A stretch of 53,778 nucleotides of DNA, counting the filler, from Stramenopiles sp. TOSAG23-2 (taxonomy: Eukaryota), in the NCBI GenBank assembly GCA_900128395.1. It is 3 parts of 3 records of this genome, joined end to end, with 100 filler letters (N's around TTAATTAATTAA, not from the genome) between each part and the next. Parts side by side here need not be neighbours in the genome. Positions count along the whole stretch, not along the records: positions 35,944 to 53,778 come from LT649622.1; 2 more parts are not named here. One strand, given 5' to 3'. This document shows, piece after piece, positions 40,689 through 51,637 of the stretch. Made by a program: the position numbers and the translations under genes. The first letter of the stretch is position 1. Every line of letters starts with the position of its first letter. The notes under the pieces were generated by a model. It saw nothing but the letters and a program-made list of their open reading frames with translations. It made no database searches and had not been told where the DNA came from.

Positions 40689-42722
40689 TTATTCATAAAT
40701 AGGACAAAATGTATTCATTCCTAATGTAAAATCACCAGGGTCATTGAATCGTCTCCCTCTTTCCAAGGAATTAAGTTGATCCATATCCTCTTTCGTTAAA
40801 CTAAAATCCAAAATATCAATATTTTCTTTCATACGATGTACTTTAGTTGATTTAGGAATGATAGACATCTTACGTTCAATACCCCAACGTAATAGCACTT
40901 GTGCAGGCGTTTTACCTTTTGCACTTGCAATCGTTTTTACAACCTCTTCAAGCATACAAGAATCAGTCTTTTTTGCCATATCTAATTCAACATATGAACT
41001 TGAACCAAGCGGCGAAAAACCGGTAACGACAATACCTTCTTCTTCACAGAAACGTACCAATAATTGCTGCTGATTGTATGGATGCAATTCAACTTGTAAA
41101 ACTGCAGGTGGTATTGTACAAAAGGAAAGAATATCACGCAATCCAGCTGTATTAAAGTTACAAACACCAATATTTCTAACTAAACCTTTATTTACTAGAT
41201 TTTCCATAGCTCCCCATGTTTTGTAGACTGGGACAGGAGAAAATTCCATCCTTGGCTGTAATGCTGTAGGATCATGGACCCATTCCGGTGGATATCGTGT
41301 TTCAAATGGTACGAAACGCAAGGAGATTGGAAAGTGTATCAAATATAAATCTAAATATTCAAGACCTAGATCTTCTAAGCTACGACGACATGCTGCTTCT
41401 ACATGTTCAGGCGCATGGTATGTATTCCATAATTTAGATGTAACCCATAGCTCATCACGAGTAACGATACCATCTGCAATAGCCTTAGCAATACCTGCAC
41501 CAACTTCTTTCTCATTGCCATAATCACATGCTTCATCTAAATGCCTGTAACCAATTTTAATAGCATTGTATACAGTATCAGCACATGCATCTTTTGGAAC
41601 TTTCCAGAATCCCATTCCCACAGCAGGCATACGATCGCCAGAGCGTAAGGTACACATTGGCATATTTGTAATAGTACCAGGTACGGTTTTATGATTTTTG
41701 ATTTCAGCTCTTGGGCCGCCTAATGCTGCTAAAATACGACGTGGGCGTTCAAATGTATTTCTGCTATGCATGCAAACACCATTATCGATTACAATAACAT
41801 CGCCTTTTTCCCATTTGAAGCATACACGTGTTTTCATCATAAATGCTTCAATATCTTTCAGCACACTACCTTCTTTTGCAGTTAACATCTCCCCGTTGCC
41901 AAATTGAACAGCTTTTGTTGGATCATTTCGTGAATCTATCCAACCAGTATATGCAGCAACCATTGCATTGATAAACATGGATGTCCCTGTGCGAGGATCT
42001 GTTTTCAATGCTGGCACCATAACAGTAGTAGTTTTTAACTCATCATTTGCTAACCATTCCCATGTGGTACCAATTTTTCTCATTGCATCTTCCGCTTGAT
42101 CCTTCGTTTCGCATAAAAATGTACTTCTCCAGGAACGTCCAATTGCAGAGGTATTATCATCTTCAAATGGCATAACACGGTTATATTGAACACCATGTTT
42201 CAATACTTTTTCAGTAAAATTAGGATGTTTCAACTTCATATACTCAGCCACTTCGTTGCTGAGAATGATAGGAGTTTCACCACCGACTGCTGAAGGGGTT
42301 TCGCAGTAAAACATGACGTATTTAGGAGGGGTGGGACATTGTGCCATTTCATGGTGAAATGGTATTGGTTCAGATGGAGGTGATTCATTTGTCGTAAAAA
42401 CAACATCACGTACAACGTTTGTTCTTGGTGCAGCTCCACCAACATATGGAAATTTCTGTAAATTCAATGAGTCAGCAACGTTAGCAAATTCTTCTGGTGT
42501 TGTCTCTGTCCATCCACGTAGAAGAACAGCGCCATAAGTGAGCGCTTGTTGCAACAATGCATCACGATTACTTTTCACATAATCAATTAAATGTGAAGTT
42601 GGTAAATTTTTCTCGACTGGTGATAATGCCAAAGGAAATGGCCTTCCTGATTTTGCGGAAAGTTTTTGACCTTGAATTGCTACACGTTCAACAGCTGAAG
42701 CCATTTTAACAACAGATGCCAT
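40689..42722 (-). CDS. Fusion of a TauD/clavaminate-synthase-like Fe(II)/2OG dioxygenase and an aldo-keto reductase (xylose-reductase-like)
   Basis: N-half: GAVLLRG, YVGGAAPR, TTNESPP..IPFHHEMA, GGETPI, WEKGDVIVIDN..MHSR. C-half: GYRHLDEACDYGNE, TSKLWNT, YLIHFP, QVELHPY, IIPKS. Confidence 0.92.
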   Translation of the reverse strand: MASVVKMASAVERVAIQGQKLSAKSGRPFPLALSPVEKNLPTSHLIDYVKSNRDALLQQALTYGAVLLRGWTETTPEEFANVADSLNLQKFPYVGGAAPRTNVVRDVVFTTNESPPSEPIPFHHEMAQCPTPPKYVMFYCETPSAVGGETPIILSNEVAEYMKLKHPNFTEKVLKHGVQYNRVMPFEDDNTSAIGRSWRSTFLCETKDQAEDAMRKIGTTWEWLANDELKTTTVMVPALKTDPRTGTSMFINAMVAAYTGWIDSRNDPTKAVQFGNGEMLTAKEGSVLKDIEAFMMKTRVCFKWEKGDVIVIDNGVCMHSRNTFERPRRILAALGGPRAEIKNHKTVPGTITNMPMCTLRSGDRMPAVGMGFWKVPKDACADTVYNAIKIGYRHLDEACDYGNEKEVGAGIAKAIADGIVTRDELWVTSKLWNTYHAPEHVEAACRRSLEDLGLEYLDLYLIHFPISLRFVPFETRYPPEWVHDPTALQPRMEFSPVPVYKTWGAMENLVNKGLVRNIGVCNFNTAGLRDILSFCTIPPAVLQVELHPYNQQQLLVRFCEEEGIVVTGFSPLGSSSYVELDMAKKTDSCMLEEVVKTIASAKGKTPAQVLLRWGIERKMSIIPKSTKVHRMKENIDILDFSLTKEDMDQLNSLERGRRFNDPGDFTLGMNTFCPIYE

Positions 42723-43132
42723 ATTTTTATTTGTATATGTTTTAATATTGTAAATTTGATTGGTAATTTTTCTTCTATGTACTTATTATATCTATGTATA
42801 TATACAGTATAATGTACATACACTATCTGTAATTTAACCTATTCTTGTATAATATATATTCCGGATATGTTACATATATATATTTGTACATACTGATGTA
42901 GTATAAGCCTGTGCTGGTGATGTGGTATAAGCTAATGTTAATGTGTGGTGATCAAGTGACGATGTTGAAATATCGGTGATGATGGATGATTTTGTTGGTG
43001 TTGTGTACAGTAATATATAGTATTAGCTCTAGTCTACAATATACCTGTGGTATGCTATGGTATGCTGTGTTATAGTGTGTGTGACTTAAAGATCTATGAA
43101 ATATACTGTATACATTCCCTTAAAAGGTGTAG

Positions 43133-43395
43133 AATATCTTTATTACGTATTATCTGCTAGTACTGTATTAGAATTGATATAGTATACGGTGTATATAAAT
43201 AATATTATATATATTCATATATAAAATGTTCTCNNNNNNNNNNNNNNNNNNNNNNNNNNNNNNNNNNNNNNNNNNNNNNNNNNNNNNNNNNNNNAATATC
43301 TTTATTACGTATTATCTGCTAGTACTGTATTAGAATTGATATAGTATACGGTGTATATAAATAATATTATAAATATTCATATATAAAATGTTCTC
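43133..43395. repeat. 101-nt direct repeat flanking a 61-N scaffold gap (unmerged overlap)
   Basis: 43133-43233 equals 43295-43395 except T43210 versus A43372. Confidence 0.9.
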
Positions 43396-43438
43396 TTACT
43401 CATATATTATATAAATATATATATATATATTATAGATA

Positions 43439-44203
43439 TTACTCTTTTGGAACAACTTTAAATCTATTATAAAATTCCACCTTTGTTAAACAACAACCAT
43501 AATTCTTTTCTGATTTTTCGTTTATAATTTCATTCATTTCTTTTTCTGAAATTATTCTTGTCGTTGGTACATCATCAGTGGTTGTAATGATTTCACTTTT
43601 CAAACATGACCAAAATTTATCTAAATTATGTTTGTCATTAACTGTACAAATTGGTGGATATTTAGGAGGAGGCATTTGATATGTTTTTCCATCATCTTTT
43701 AACATGTGATGTCTATCTGATGCAAATGTCGATACAAAATGTTTTGCATTTACAACACGAAACCATTGATGCTCATTGATATGTGCTGGACAAGTATCTA
43801 TTGGTAAAAAGGATTGATTGAAATATTCTTCAAACGTACAAGGAAATGAGAGTCTTGAATCCAAATCATAAATAAAATATTGCCTACTTGTTATATTTTG
43901 TTCAAGATAAATAACATGATAATCCCATGCAACGTAACCATTTTCATCGCTGCAGCTTTTTTGTTTCCATATTGGCACAATTCTCTTTGGACTACTTATA
44001 AATACAGCATATCTTTCTTTTTCAAGCATTCCTTCATTAATAATAATATTATTTTTGCAAATTTGAAAAACATTTTCCTCGCAATAGCATGATGTATATA
44101 TGCAATCTTTTGCTTTGATCGTTATGTCAACAGATGTGGAAGTTTTATTATTATTATCATTGTTATTATTATTATTATTATTGTTATTGTCAGTGATATT
44201 CAT
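43439..44203 (-). CDS. NTAQ1: Protein N-terminal glutamine amidohydrolase (WDYHV1)
   Basis: YTSCYCEENV, YAVFIS, VPIWKQ, WDYHVI, IYDLDSRLSFP and FASDRHHM. First ATG at 44203. Confidence 0.95.
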   Translation of the reverse strand: MNITDNNNNNNNNNNDNNNKTSTSVDITIKAKDCIYTSCYCEENVFQICKNNIIINEGMLEKERYAVFISSPKRIVPIWKQKSCSDENGYVAWDYHVIYLEQNITSRQYFIYDLDSRLSFPCTFEEYFNQSFLPIDTCPAHINEHQWFRVVNAKHFVSTFASDRHHMLKDDGKTYQMPPPKYPPICTVNDKHNLDKFWSCLKSEIITTTDDVPTTRIISEKEMNEIINEKSEKNYGCCLTKVEFYNRFKVVPKE

Positions 44204-44840
44204 CTTGCTTTCTGTTACACACAGATATATATATATATTCTTCTTCTTCAAACATACTAAAATATATATAATAAGTTAATATTATATGTATATTATATAC
44301 CAAGTTTTTTAATATTATTTTCGACAAATATAGATAGGTCGAGATAACCTGTGTAAAGAGAAGGTGAGAAGGTCGTATTATATTAATAATTAGTATAGTA
44401 ATAGTGTAGTGTCGATTTTTCCACATATTATTAGTTTATAGTTTATATAATACAATCCACAACACAAACAACACAATAACAAGCGCAAGGCCCAGCAAGA
44501 ACCGAAAATTTAATTAATAATAATTAAGGGTGTTGTTCAAAAAAAAAAAAATATCTTTATTATTATTAGATCTATATTAATATACTCTGTACTGTATATT
44601 ATACTTGTATTACATAAAAAGTATAAATATTGATGTATATGTTAATGTATTAGTATATTAGTTTAAAATGCATATCATTAAAACAATTAAAAGACGAACT
44701 GATTCACGAAATTACCATCAAACGTTTTGTTTATTATTAATAATAAATCGCTGTTAAATTTCAGTGTATAAATATAACTTTGATATATTGTATTATATAC
44801 ATATATTTATAAATCATTACTATTATTAATTTAGTTATAT

Positions 44841-46187
44841 ATGCAATATCAAAATATGTTCATATCAATTTCAAACTTGTATATGTTATTCATAATAATA
44901 ATAATCATTTGCATGGCAAATAATATATTTATCACTGCACATACTATAAAGGGTCATACGAAACAATGCGTAGATGAGTTTTATCCTATATTAATACCAA
45001 CTGCTGGAACAAAAGAATCAAAAATAGCAGAGGAAAGTCAAGTATGTAAAGTTATTCACTTTATTCGTCACGCAGAAGGATTTCACAATGTAGCAGATAG
45101 GAAACATGGGACAGATATATTAAAATTTGAAAACTCTGGTAATAATTTTACCGATGCAAAATTAACAGAAAATGGTATACGTCAATCACAAGCTTTAAAA
45201 AAACGAATCCAAAATCCGAAGGGATCATATGCAAAATGGACTATTGTGAATAAAGTGACGGAAAATTTCAAAGAGAGATATTTAGATATCGATGCTATTG
45301 TCACGTCAACACTGTCCCGTGCGATAGAAACGGCATTTTATGGTTTGCCAGTGAGTAAAAAGACTATCCATATAGCAACTGAATTGGGCCGTGAACGCGT
45401 AGCTGAATATATGTGTGAAAAAAGAAGAAATTTATCTGAAATTGAGAATGATTATCCATTTGTTCAAATTAAACATGCAACATCAGAAGAAGATGATCGA
45501 TTTGATGAGAAAGAAACTGAAGATGATTTATTAAAAGCACGAATTCGAGCTCGAAAATTTTTGAAATGGTTATTATTTGAAATGGCTGGAACAAAATTTG
45601 CTTATGTTTCTCATTTTGAATTTCTTCAATTAATTTTTGATGATTTCTTCAAAAAAGTAGATAATCGTCGTGCAGCATTTCGTGATAAAGCTAGAGGTGA
45701 GGATCAAATTTTTCCTTGGATTTTTGAATTTCGTAATGCACAGATTCAGCCAGCTTATTTGTGCCCTTCAAATCTAATTGAAGATCAAATATTGTGTTTG
45801 AATGATGAAGCACAAGTGAAATATGAAATTGATCAAATTCAGAAGAATGGTCCAATTTTTAGTAAAAAATCCCCACAACAATATAAAGGAAAGGCAGGTT
45901 CGCATGCTCCACTGGCATTTCAATCCATAAAAACACGAGAGATAACCGTCAAAGTTGAGCATGGAATGTCAGATGAACATTTTATTGAATATGTATACTT
46001 GCGTGATGTAAAAACGAAAGAAATAGTGGCATTTAAAAAATTTTCAAAGGAAATGGCAAATGATAAAAATTTGCATCAACCTATTTTAAAATTTATGCCT
46101 GAAAAAGAAACAGAAGGAAGAGTCAGGCCGTATGCATATTGCAACAAACATGGATTGTGGAAAGGGCCTGCGATTTCATATCTGTAA
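44841..46187 (+). CDS. Secreted histidine phosphatase (PGM/PMU1-like) fused to a superoxide reductase (desulfoferrodoxin Fe-binding) domain
   Basis: Hydrophobic N-terminal signal. HFIRHAEGFHN, DAKLTENGIRQ, TSTLSRAIET, RER...CEKRR and VSH. C-terminal SHAP...HGMSDEHFIEYVY...YAYCNKHGLW. Confidence 0.87.
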   Translation: MQYQNMFISISNLYMLFIIIIIICMANNIFITAHTIKGHTKQCVDEFYPILIPTAGTKESKIAEESQVCKVIHFIRHAEGFHNVADRKHGTDILKFENSGNNFTDAKLTENGIRQSQALKKRIQNPKGSYAKWTIVNKVTENFKERYLDIDAIVTSTLSRAIETAFYGLPVSKKTIHIATELGRERVAEYMCEKRRNLSEIENDYPFVQIKHATSEEDDRFDEKETEDDLLKARIRARKFLKWLLFEMAGTKFAYVSHFEFLQLIFDDFFKKVDNRRAAFRDKARGEDQIFPWIFEFRNAQIQPAYLCPSNLIEDQILCLNDEAQVKYEIDQIQKNGPIFSKKSPQQYKGKAGSHAPLAFQSIKTREITVKVEHGMSDEHFIEYVYLRDVKTKEIVAFKKFSKEMANDKNLHQPILKFMPEKETEGRVRPYAYCNKHGLWKGPAISYL

Positions 46188-46485
46188 TACATCTCTTGGA
46201 TTTTAAAAAATACGCGGAAAGTAGTAAAAAATAGTAAAAAATACAAAAAAATAATATTTGGCTCAGTCACTGTTTTCTTTCTGAGAGTAGGAATTGTCAC
46301 ATGAGTAGGAAATACGAACCGTATTAAAAAATAAAAATATACGCATATACATGATATAATGATAAAAAAAATAATATCAAAATGATATGCATATATCACA
46401 TTACGAAAGAAGTATGATATTATTAAAAATGCATATACGCCCGTATATTAATAATATTATATTTATTTTTAAAATATTTTAAAGT

Positions 46486-49400
46486 TTAAATTAAGGCTTC
46501 CTCTTCTACTTCCGACAAATTAGTCGAATTTAACACGTTTTCGATTTGTGTGTTGTTCAAGTCAGTATAATCAGACAGACGCGATAAATTTAAAGACGAT
46601 TCATCCTCATAGATTTCCTCTTTCACTACGTCACCATCGGTATTTGTCTTTTTCACATCATCATTATTTCCACTAGGCAAAACGCCATTAGTGTTTGATA
46701 ATTGAGAACTATTCAACATCTCCTGCCATTCTTCCCTTGATGGTGTATTAACTTGGAACATAGTATTTTCATTTACTGGTTTATTATTTAAAGATTCACG
46801 AGGAGGCGTTTGCGGAGTTGGTATGTGCGAAATATCAGAATTATCATGAACGGAGGGACTTAACATTGGATCAACTTCTAAAAAATTAGCAATAGTTTTC
46901 ATGGCTGGACTTGGTTTATTATTTTTCTTTGTTGAGGATTGAATAATATTGCTTTCTGCATCATTTTCTTCTACTTCTTTTTCAACTACAGTTTTAACAA
47001 CTTTTGGTGTTTTATTCGAATCACTAGCAGTCGGGCTACTTGACTCTTCTCTAACAGCAGCCAATGAAGGAACAACTTTATTTGTAAATGAAGTTAACAA
47101 TTGTTCATCTGGATCTATAACAGTATTGGCTACATTACCAATAGTGGCATTCGTACCGTTAATTTCTTCATGCTCACCATCAAAAGGGACAAAATGGCTA
47201 CTAGATTGCAAAGATTGCTCAACTAAAGAGTTGCGATTACGTGTAAAAGAGTTTCGTACCTTGGAATTACGCATTGGCGAAGGACTAGCTTGTGGCATCA
47301 ACCATGTCTTATCTAATGGATCTCCAGCTTCTACAAATGCCTGAACCAATTTTGAATGCCCTGATATTGAGGTTTCTAAAGATGAATTTCCATGAAATGA
47401 TTGGTCATGCGTAAGCATTTCGCTTATACTTGAAATATCAAGCGAATTGATTAACTTTGGGCGGCTGACAAATGCATCATCAGGTACGACTACTGGAGTT
47501 TTAAGTCTGCGAGAACTGCCACTACGATGCAAACCCGACTGCGATTTTCTATTGCTACTACTAGTACTTAGCCGAGTTTTAGATGGAGTTGGCGTCATGC
47601 TATAATTATTATTATAATTAATATCATCTAATGGCATCGATAAAGACTCGGTTGACCTTTGCACACTATGCGTTGGTAATACAGAGTTTACAGGACTTTT
47701 CCATTGTCGTCTGGTCCCGGTTACGTTTTTGTTTTCAACCATACTGTCGTGTTTATAACTTTGTTGCTGTTTCTGTTGAGCAGATGCCATTGCCAGCTGC
47801 ATTTTCTGTTGCATTTCAAATACTAAATTTTTCTGTTGCTGAAGCTCTTCCTGTAACTGCCTTTGACGCTCTTCCATCTCTAGTCTAAATGCAATAGCAG
47901 CAGGATTATCGTCGGTTGCAGATATGTTATTGGCATTGGTTTGATTATCAACAACAGCATCATTAGCGCTTAAATGTAACTCCCTGACGTTTTGACTTGT
48001 GGCAACAGAATGCGAAAAAACGGGTGGTTGCTGCTGTGGTTTATGTTGTGGTGAAAATGCGACAGGACCATTGGATGTCAACTCGCCTCTTGGCGACGTT
48101 TCGACAGGTCGATCTTTCTCTTGTCTATATTTTCTATTCATTTCATCTAATTCACGTTGAATTCTAAGAGCTTCTCTCTCCTCAGCTTCCTTTTCCTTCT
48201 TCTTTTCCTCAGCTTTACGTTTTTTAATTTCATCTACTTGTTCTTTTAAAGTAGCACGAAATTGATGTTGTTGTCGTTGTTTCCGTTGTACTCCTTGAAA
48301 ATCTTCTACACCAGGATGCAATTCACCAGAACGCTGTCTAAAATATCCTTTTGGCGCCGCGGATAATTGCATTTGTTGTTGTGGCACCCCACTTGAGGGT
48401 GGGTGGTTCAATGCTGCCTGCGCAGAATATTGCCTTTCGATTGGTTTTCCAATAAGACTATCATGGTTTGCATTTAAATCGGATTGATTAAAGGAAACAG
48501 ATCTATTTGCTGGCACGCCGAAAGCATTTCCTGGTTGTCGTTGTTGTTGTTGTTGTACAACTTGCTCATCACGAACCGGCTCACCACCGCCGCCACCACT
48601 ACCAGCATTACTCCCCAAGACAGCAGCGACTCTTCCACCAGTATTGATTTGCTTTAATTTAGCCATTAATTTCACTTCTTCTTCTAATCGTTTTGATTTG
48701 CTCAAATCCTCTCTAGCTTTTTTCTCGCGCATTTGTTGTTTCAACTCTTGGCCATAATCTTTTTTACGTGCAAGTTCAGTTTGACGTTGAAGGATTTGTT
48801 CTTTTTCCATTTTTAATTGAGCATAGTGAACGTCAACTAAATTTTGCTTAGCACCATAACCACTGAAATTCATATCATGTTCCATATGTATCGTTGGCTT
48901 TACCGGGTTGAACATTGGCGGCTGTTGTTGCTGTTGTTGAGATAAATTGCGATGTGAATCCATCATCTTCATTTGCTCCAAATATGGATTTCCATTGCCA
49001 TTCATGCTGCTATAACTATTATTCTGTCTATTGAGTGGCAAATTGTACTTTTGCGTAATATCATTTCTATTGTTATTATTATATACACCTTCCGTTGTCG
49101 ATGATACAGCTTGCTGCCGTCTGTGTGGACTAATCATTGGTTTCTGCGTGATTGGTCCATCGTCCATTCTTCTAATTTGGTTTCTCGTTTCAATTTGACG
49201 ATTCAAATCTTCCATATATTTCGATTTACGAGCTTGTAAACGAATGTTTTTTTCTACTTCACGTCGGTCATTGTGTAACGTTTTGATCCCACCAGCGCCA
49301 AATGGACGACTAACTGGAGCATGAACTTCATGGCTACCTAATTTTGAAAATACATCGTCGCCATTGTTGTGGTACATGTCTCTTCGTTGTTGTTGTTGCT

Positions 49401-50799
49401 GCTGCTGCTGTTGTCGTTGTCGCGACGCCATTTGATTATCCAAATCCTGGCGATAACTATTACGTTGCATTTCATGTCTTCGATCATATTGTTTTTGTTG
49501 TAAATATGCTGGATTTGCATGAATATCATTGCTAAAAGTAGTAGTATTTGACCTGTTTCCAACTATACTTTTATTGTCTCCACGTACCATATCTTCTTCT
49601 TGTTGTTTTTTAAATTTAATTTGTTGATCTAATTCCATTTTATATTGTCTCATTCGATCTGCTTTATTCAGAAGATGAGAATTGCTATTATTAGTAGCGT
49701 CCCGTGGACTTGTATTAGATGGAAACGCAATCGTATTTAACGACGACGGATTTGCAGCATGTTTTAAATTACGACCACGCTCTGAATTTTTCAATGCAAT
49801 TTGTTTATCTAATTCTTGCTTATATCTTAATTGTAAATCTGCTTTTGAATTATTATGGTTACTAGTAGTATATTGAGGTGGCACCGGTGGTGATTGATTC
49901 ATATTTGCAGTTTGTGGAGATGGTGCAAAAAAGTTATTTTCACCATAAGGTATATTGTGGTTGCCTTGACTGTTATTACGTCGTCCATCCATCTTTGATG
50001 GCGTCGACCGCAATTTCATTTGTTGCTCTAAATCATGTCGATATTCAGCTTTTTTTCTACGTTCCAATGCACGTTTATCCATATCAAGATGCATACTCGA
50101 TAAACGAGAGCCAAGTCTTGATTGTGGAGGACTAAGAATATTTCCAGTCTTGTTGTTTGCTCCGTAACTATTCTCTTTGAAAGAGTGCATCATCGGTATG
50201 GCTTGTTGTTTCATCGAGTTGACATTCTCTTTATACCTAGGTTCCGATGGCGAAGGTGCTTTATTTTGAAGAGTAGTACGATTAATATTTGGTGCTCCTT
50301 CTTCTTTAATAGTATGTAGTTCTTCAACAAGCTTTTGGTTTTGTTTTTGTACAAGTGCTTGTACCGCTGCTTCAAAATCAGGCTTAGTTGTACTTGCTAA
50401 ATTATTAGTTTGTTGTATCGCTGTGTCATTACGAGAATCTAATATATTTGCTACATTTTGATTGCGTCCAGTTGTTGGTGGACTTCTACCAGTGCGTATT
50501 AAAAAATCTTGACGTTTTCTTTCCCACTTTTCGTCTCTTTTCGATTTCGTTTGCATGGATCCAGGTGAGTTCACCGGTTTCATCAATGGTTGCAGATGTG
50601 ATCTTGGTTGATTGTACATACCTGGTGTTGGCGATTTCATCGATTTTGTCTTGTTAATATATGGTACATGCGGAACAACATCCTGAGCTAGCGGGCTTGG
50701 ACGTGTTGTTGAAACAGTACTTGTAACTCCTCCATTGTTGCTGTTGTTGTTGGTCGAGTGTTTCCCCCATCGTGGTACAAATCCAGTAGTAGTAGACAT
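46486..50799 (-). CDS. Large low-complexity coiled-coil protein, CSPP1/CCDC66-like (centrosome/cilium associated)
   Basis: Repeated Y/F-x-x-[ED]-L-x-x-Q motifs (EYRHDLEQQM, RYKQELDKQI, QYKMELDQQI, SYRQDLDNQM, KYMEDLNRQI, DYGQELKQQM, QFRATLKEQV), GGGGEP, and a charged helix KKRKAEEKKKEKEAEERE. Confidence 0.65.
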   Translation of the reverse strand: MSTTTGFVPRWGKHSTNNNSNNGGVTSTVSTTRPSPLAQDVVPHVPYINKTKSMKSPTPGMYNQPRSHLQPLMKPVNSPGSMQTKSKRDEKWERKRQDFLIRTGRSPPTTGRNQNVANILDSRNDTAIQQTNNLASTTKPDFEAAVQALVQKQNQKLVEELHTIKEEGAPNINRTTLQNKAPSPSEPRYKENVNSMKQQAIPMMHSFKENSYGANNKTGNILSPPQSRLGSRLSSMHLDMDKRALERRKKAEYRHDLEQQMKLRSTPSKMDGRRNNSQGNHNIPYGENNFFAPSPQTANMNQSPPVPPQYTTSNHNNSKADLQLRYKQELDKQIALKNSERGRNLKHAANPSSLNTIAFPSNTSPRDATNNSNSHLLNKADRMRQYKMELDQQIKFKKQQEEDMVRGDNKSIVGNRSNTTTFSNDIHANPAYLQQKQYDRRHEMQRNSYRQDLDNQMASRQRQQQQQQQQQRRDMYHNNGDDVFSKLGSHEVHAPVSRPFGAGGIKTLHNDRREVEKNIRLQARKSKYMEDLNRQIETRNQIRRMDDGPITQKPMISPHRRQQAVSSTTEGVYNNNNRNDITQKYNLPLNRQNNSYSSMNGNGNPYLEQMKMMDSHRNLSQQQQQQPPMFNPVKPTIHMEHDMNFSGYGAKQNLVDVHYAQLKMEKEQILQRQTELARKKDYGQELKQQMREKKAREDLSKSKRLEEEVKLMAKLKQINTGGRVAAVLGSNAGSGGGGGEPVRDEQVVQQQQQRQPGNAFGVPANRSVSFNQSDLNANHDSLIGKPIERQYSAQAALNHPPSSGVPQQQMQLSAAPKGYFRQRSGELHPGVEDFQGVQRKQRQQHQFRATLKEQVDEIKKRKAEEKKKEKEAEEREALRIQRELDEMNRKYRQEKDRPVETSPRGELTSNGPVAFSPQHKPQQQPPVFSHSVATSQNVRELHLSANDAVVDNQTNANNISATDDNPAAIAFRLEMEERQRQLQEELQQQKNLVFEMQQKMQLAMASAQQKQQQSYKHDSMVENKNVTGTRRQWKSPVNSVLPTHSVQRSTESLSMPLDDINYNNNYSMTPTPSKTRLSTSSSNRKSQSGLHRSGSSRRLKTPVVVPDDAFVSRPKLINSLDISSISEMLTHDQSFHGNSSLETSISGHSKLVQAFVEAGDPLDKTWLMPQASPSPMRNSKVRNSFTRNRNSLVEQSLQSSSHFVPFDGEHEEINGTNATIGNVANTVIDPDEQLLTSFTNKVVPSLAAVREESSSPTASDSNKTPKVVKTVVEKEVEENDAESNIIQSSTKKNNKPSPAMKTIANFLEVDPMLSPSVHDNSDISHIPTPQTPPRESLNNKPVNENTMFQVNTPSREEWQEMLNSSQLSNTNGVLPSGNNDDVKKTNTDGDVVKEEIYEDESSLNLSRLSDYTDLNNTQIENVLNSTNLSEVEEEALI

Positions 50800-51198
50800 A
50801 ATATTTATAATATTTTTTGTTGTTGTTATGAATCAATTATGAAATGTATACGTGCTTTGGTTAATTATGTTATTGTATTGATTTATGTGTATATGTATTT
50901 ATCTATCTACAATATGATAATACTTTGTTGTTACTATTGTATGTTGATATTATTTCTATTTCTCTCCTCTCTAGTCTAAATCTATCTATTATGTTTTTTT
51001 TGTGAAGTATATTTTTACCAGCAAAAGTAAAGACGAGTTTCCAATGATATTCCTATACTGTAATGATGTGATTTTTATGTGTGATTTGAACTTTTTATAG
51101 CAATAATCCGCTTTTCAAATTAAAAACCGGAAATCCGCCAAAAAAATATTTGATTTATGATGTGGTTATAATTAGGGTTAGCATGGATAGGTGATCGG

Positions 51199-51252
51199 TA
51201 GCGTCTAGGACGGATATAGCGTCTAGGATGGATATAGCGTCTAGGATGTATT
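51199..51252. repeat. Three tandem copies of an 18-nt unit, TAGCGTCTAGGAYGKATW
   Basis: Units start at 51199, 51217 and 51235. Confidence 0.85.
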
Positions 51253-51637
51253 ATAGTGCTAGATGTATTATAGGTTATAGGTGCTGCTAATAGATATATT
51301 ATCCCACAGCTACAGTATAGATTGTAGAATGTACAGTATACATGTAGGTGCTATATCCATCCTAAAGTGATAAGACAATCCTCACCACCAATCATCCATT
51401 TTCTAAGCAAAGGGCAAGTTTCGAGTTTAGTAAGGATATACCATTAAAAAGGAATCAAGATGTAGTAGTTACCATAGATATAGAATATATATATATATAT
51501 AGTTCTATACAAACATATACATAGATAGAAATATATATATACATATATTCGTACAATCATATTGTAGAAAGAAGACAAGCTGAGATATACATATAAACAA
51601 GTAAAAGAAGTACAACAAATACCAACAAATATAAAAT

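Noticed and set aside
43133-43395. 101-nt direct repeat read as an LTR or target-site duplication
   Set aside because: The copies abut a scaffold gap exactly and differ at one base, so this is most likely an unmerged contig overlap.
17973-46187. Apparent redox gene cluster (Sec-DsbA, GSNOR, TauD-AKR, phosphatase-SOR)
   Set aside because: The genes lie on different unlinked contigs and are interspersed with housekeeping genes.
51199-51252. Repeat array read as CRISPR
   Set aside because: The 18-nt units are contiguous with no spacers, there are no cas genes, and the context is eukaryotic.
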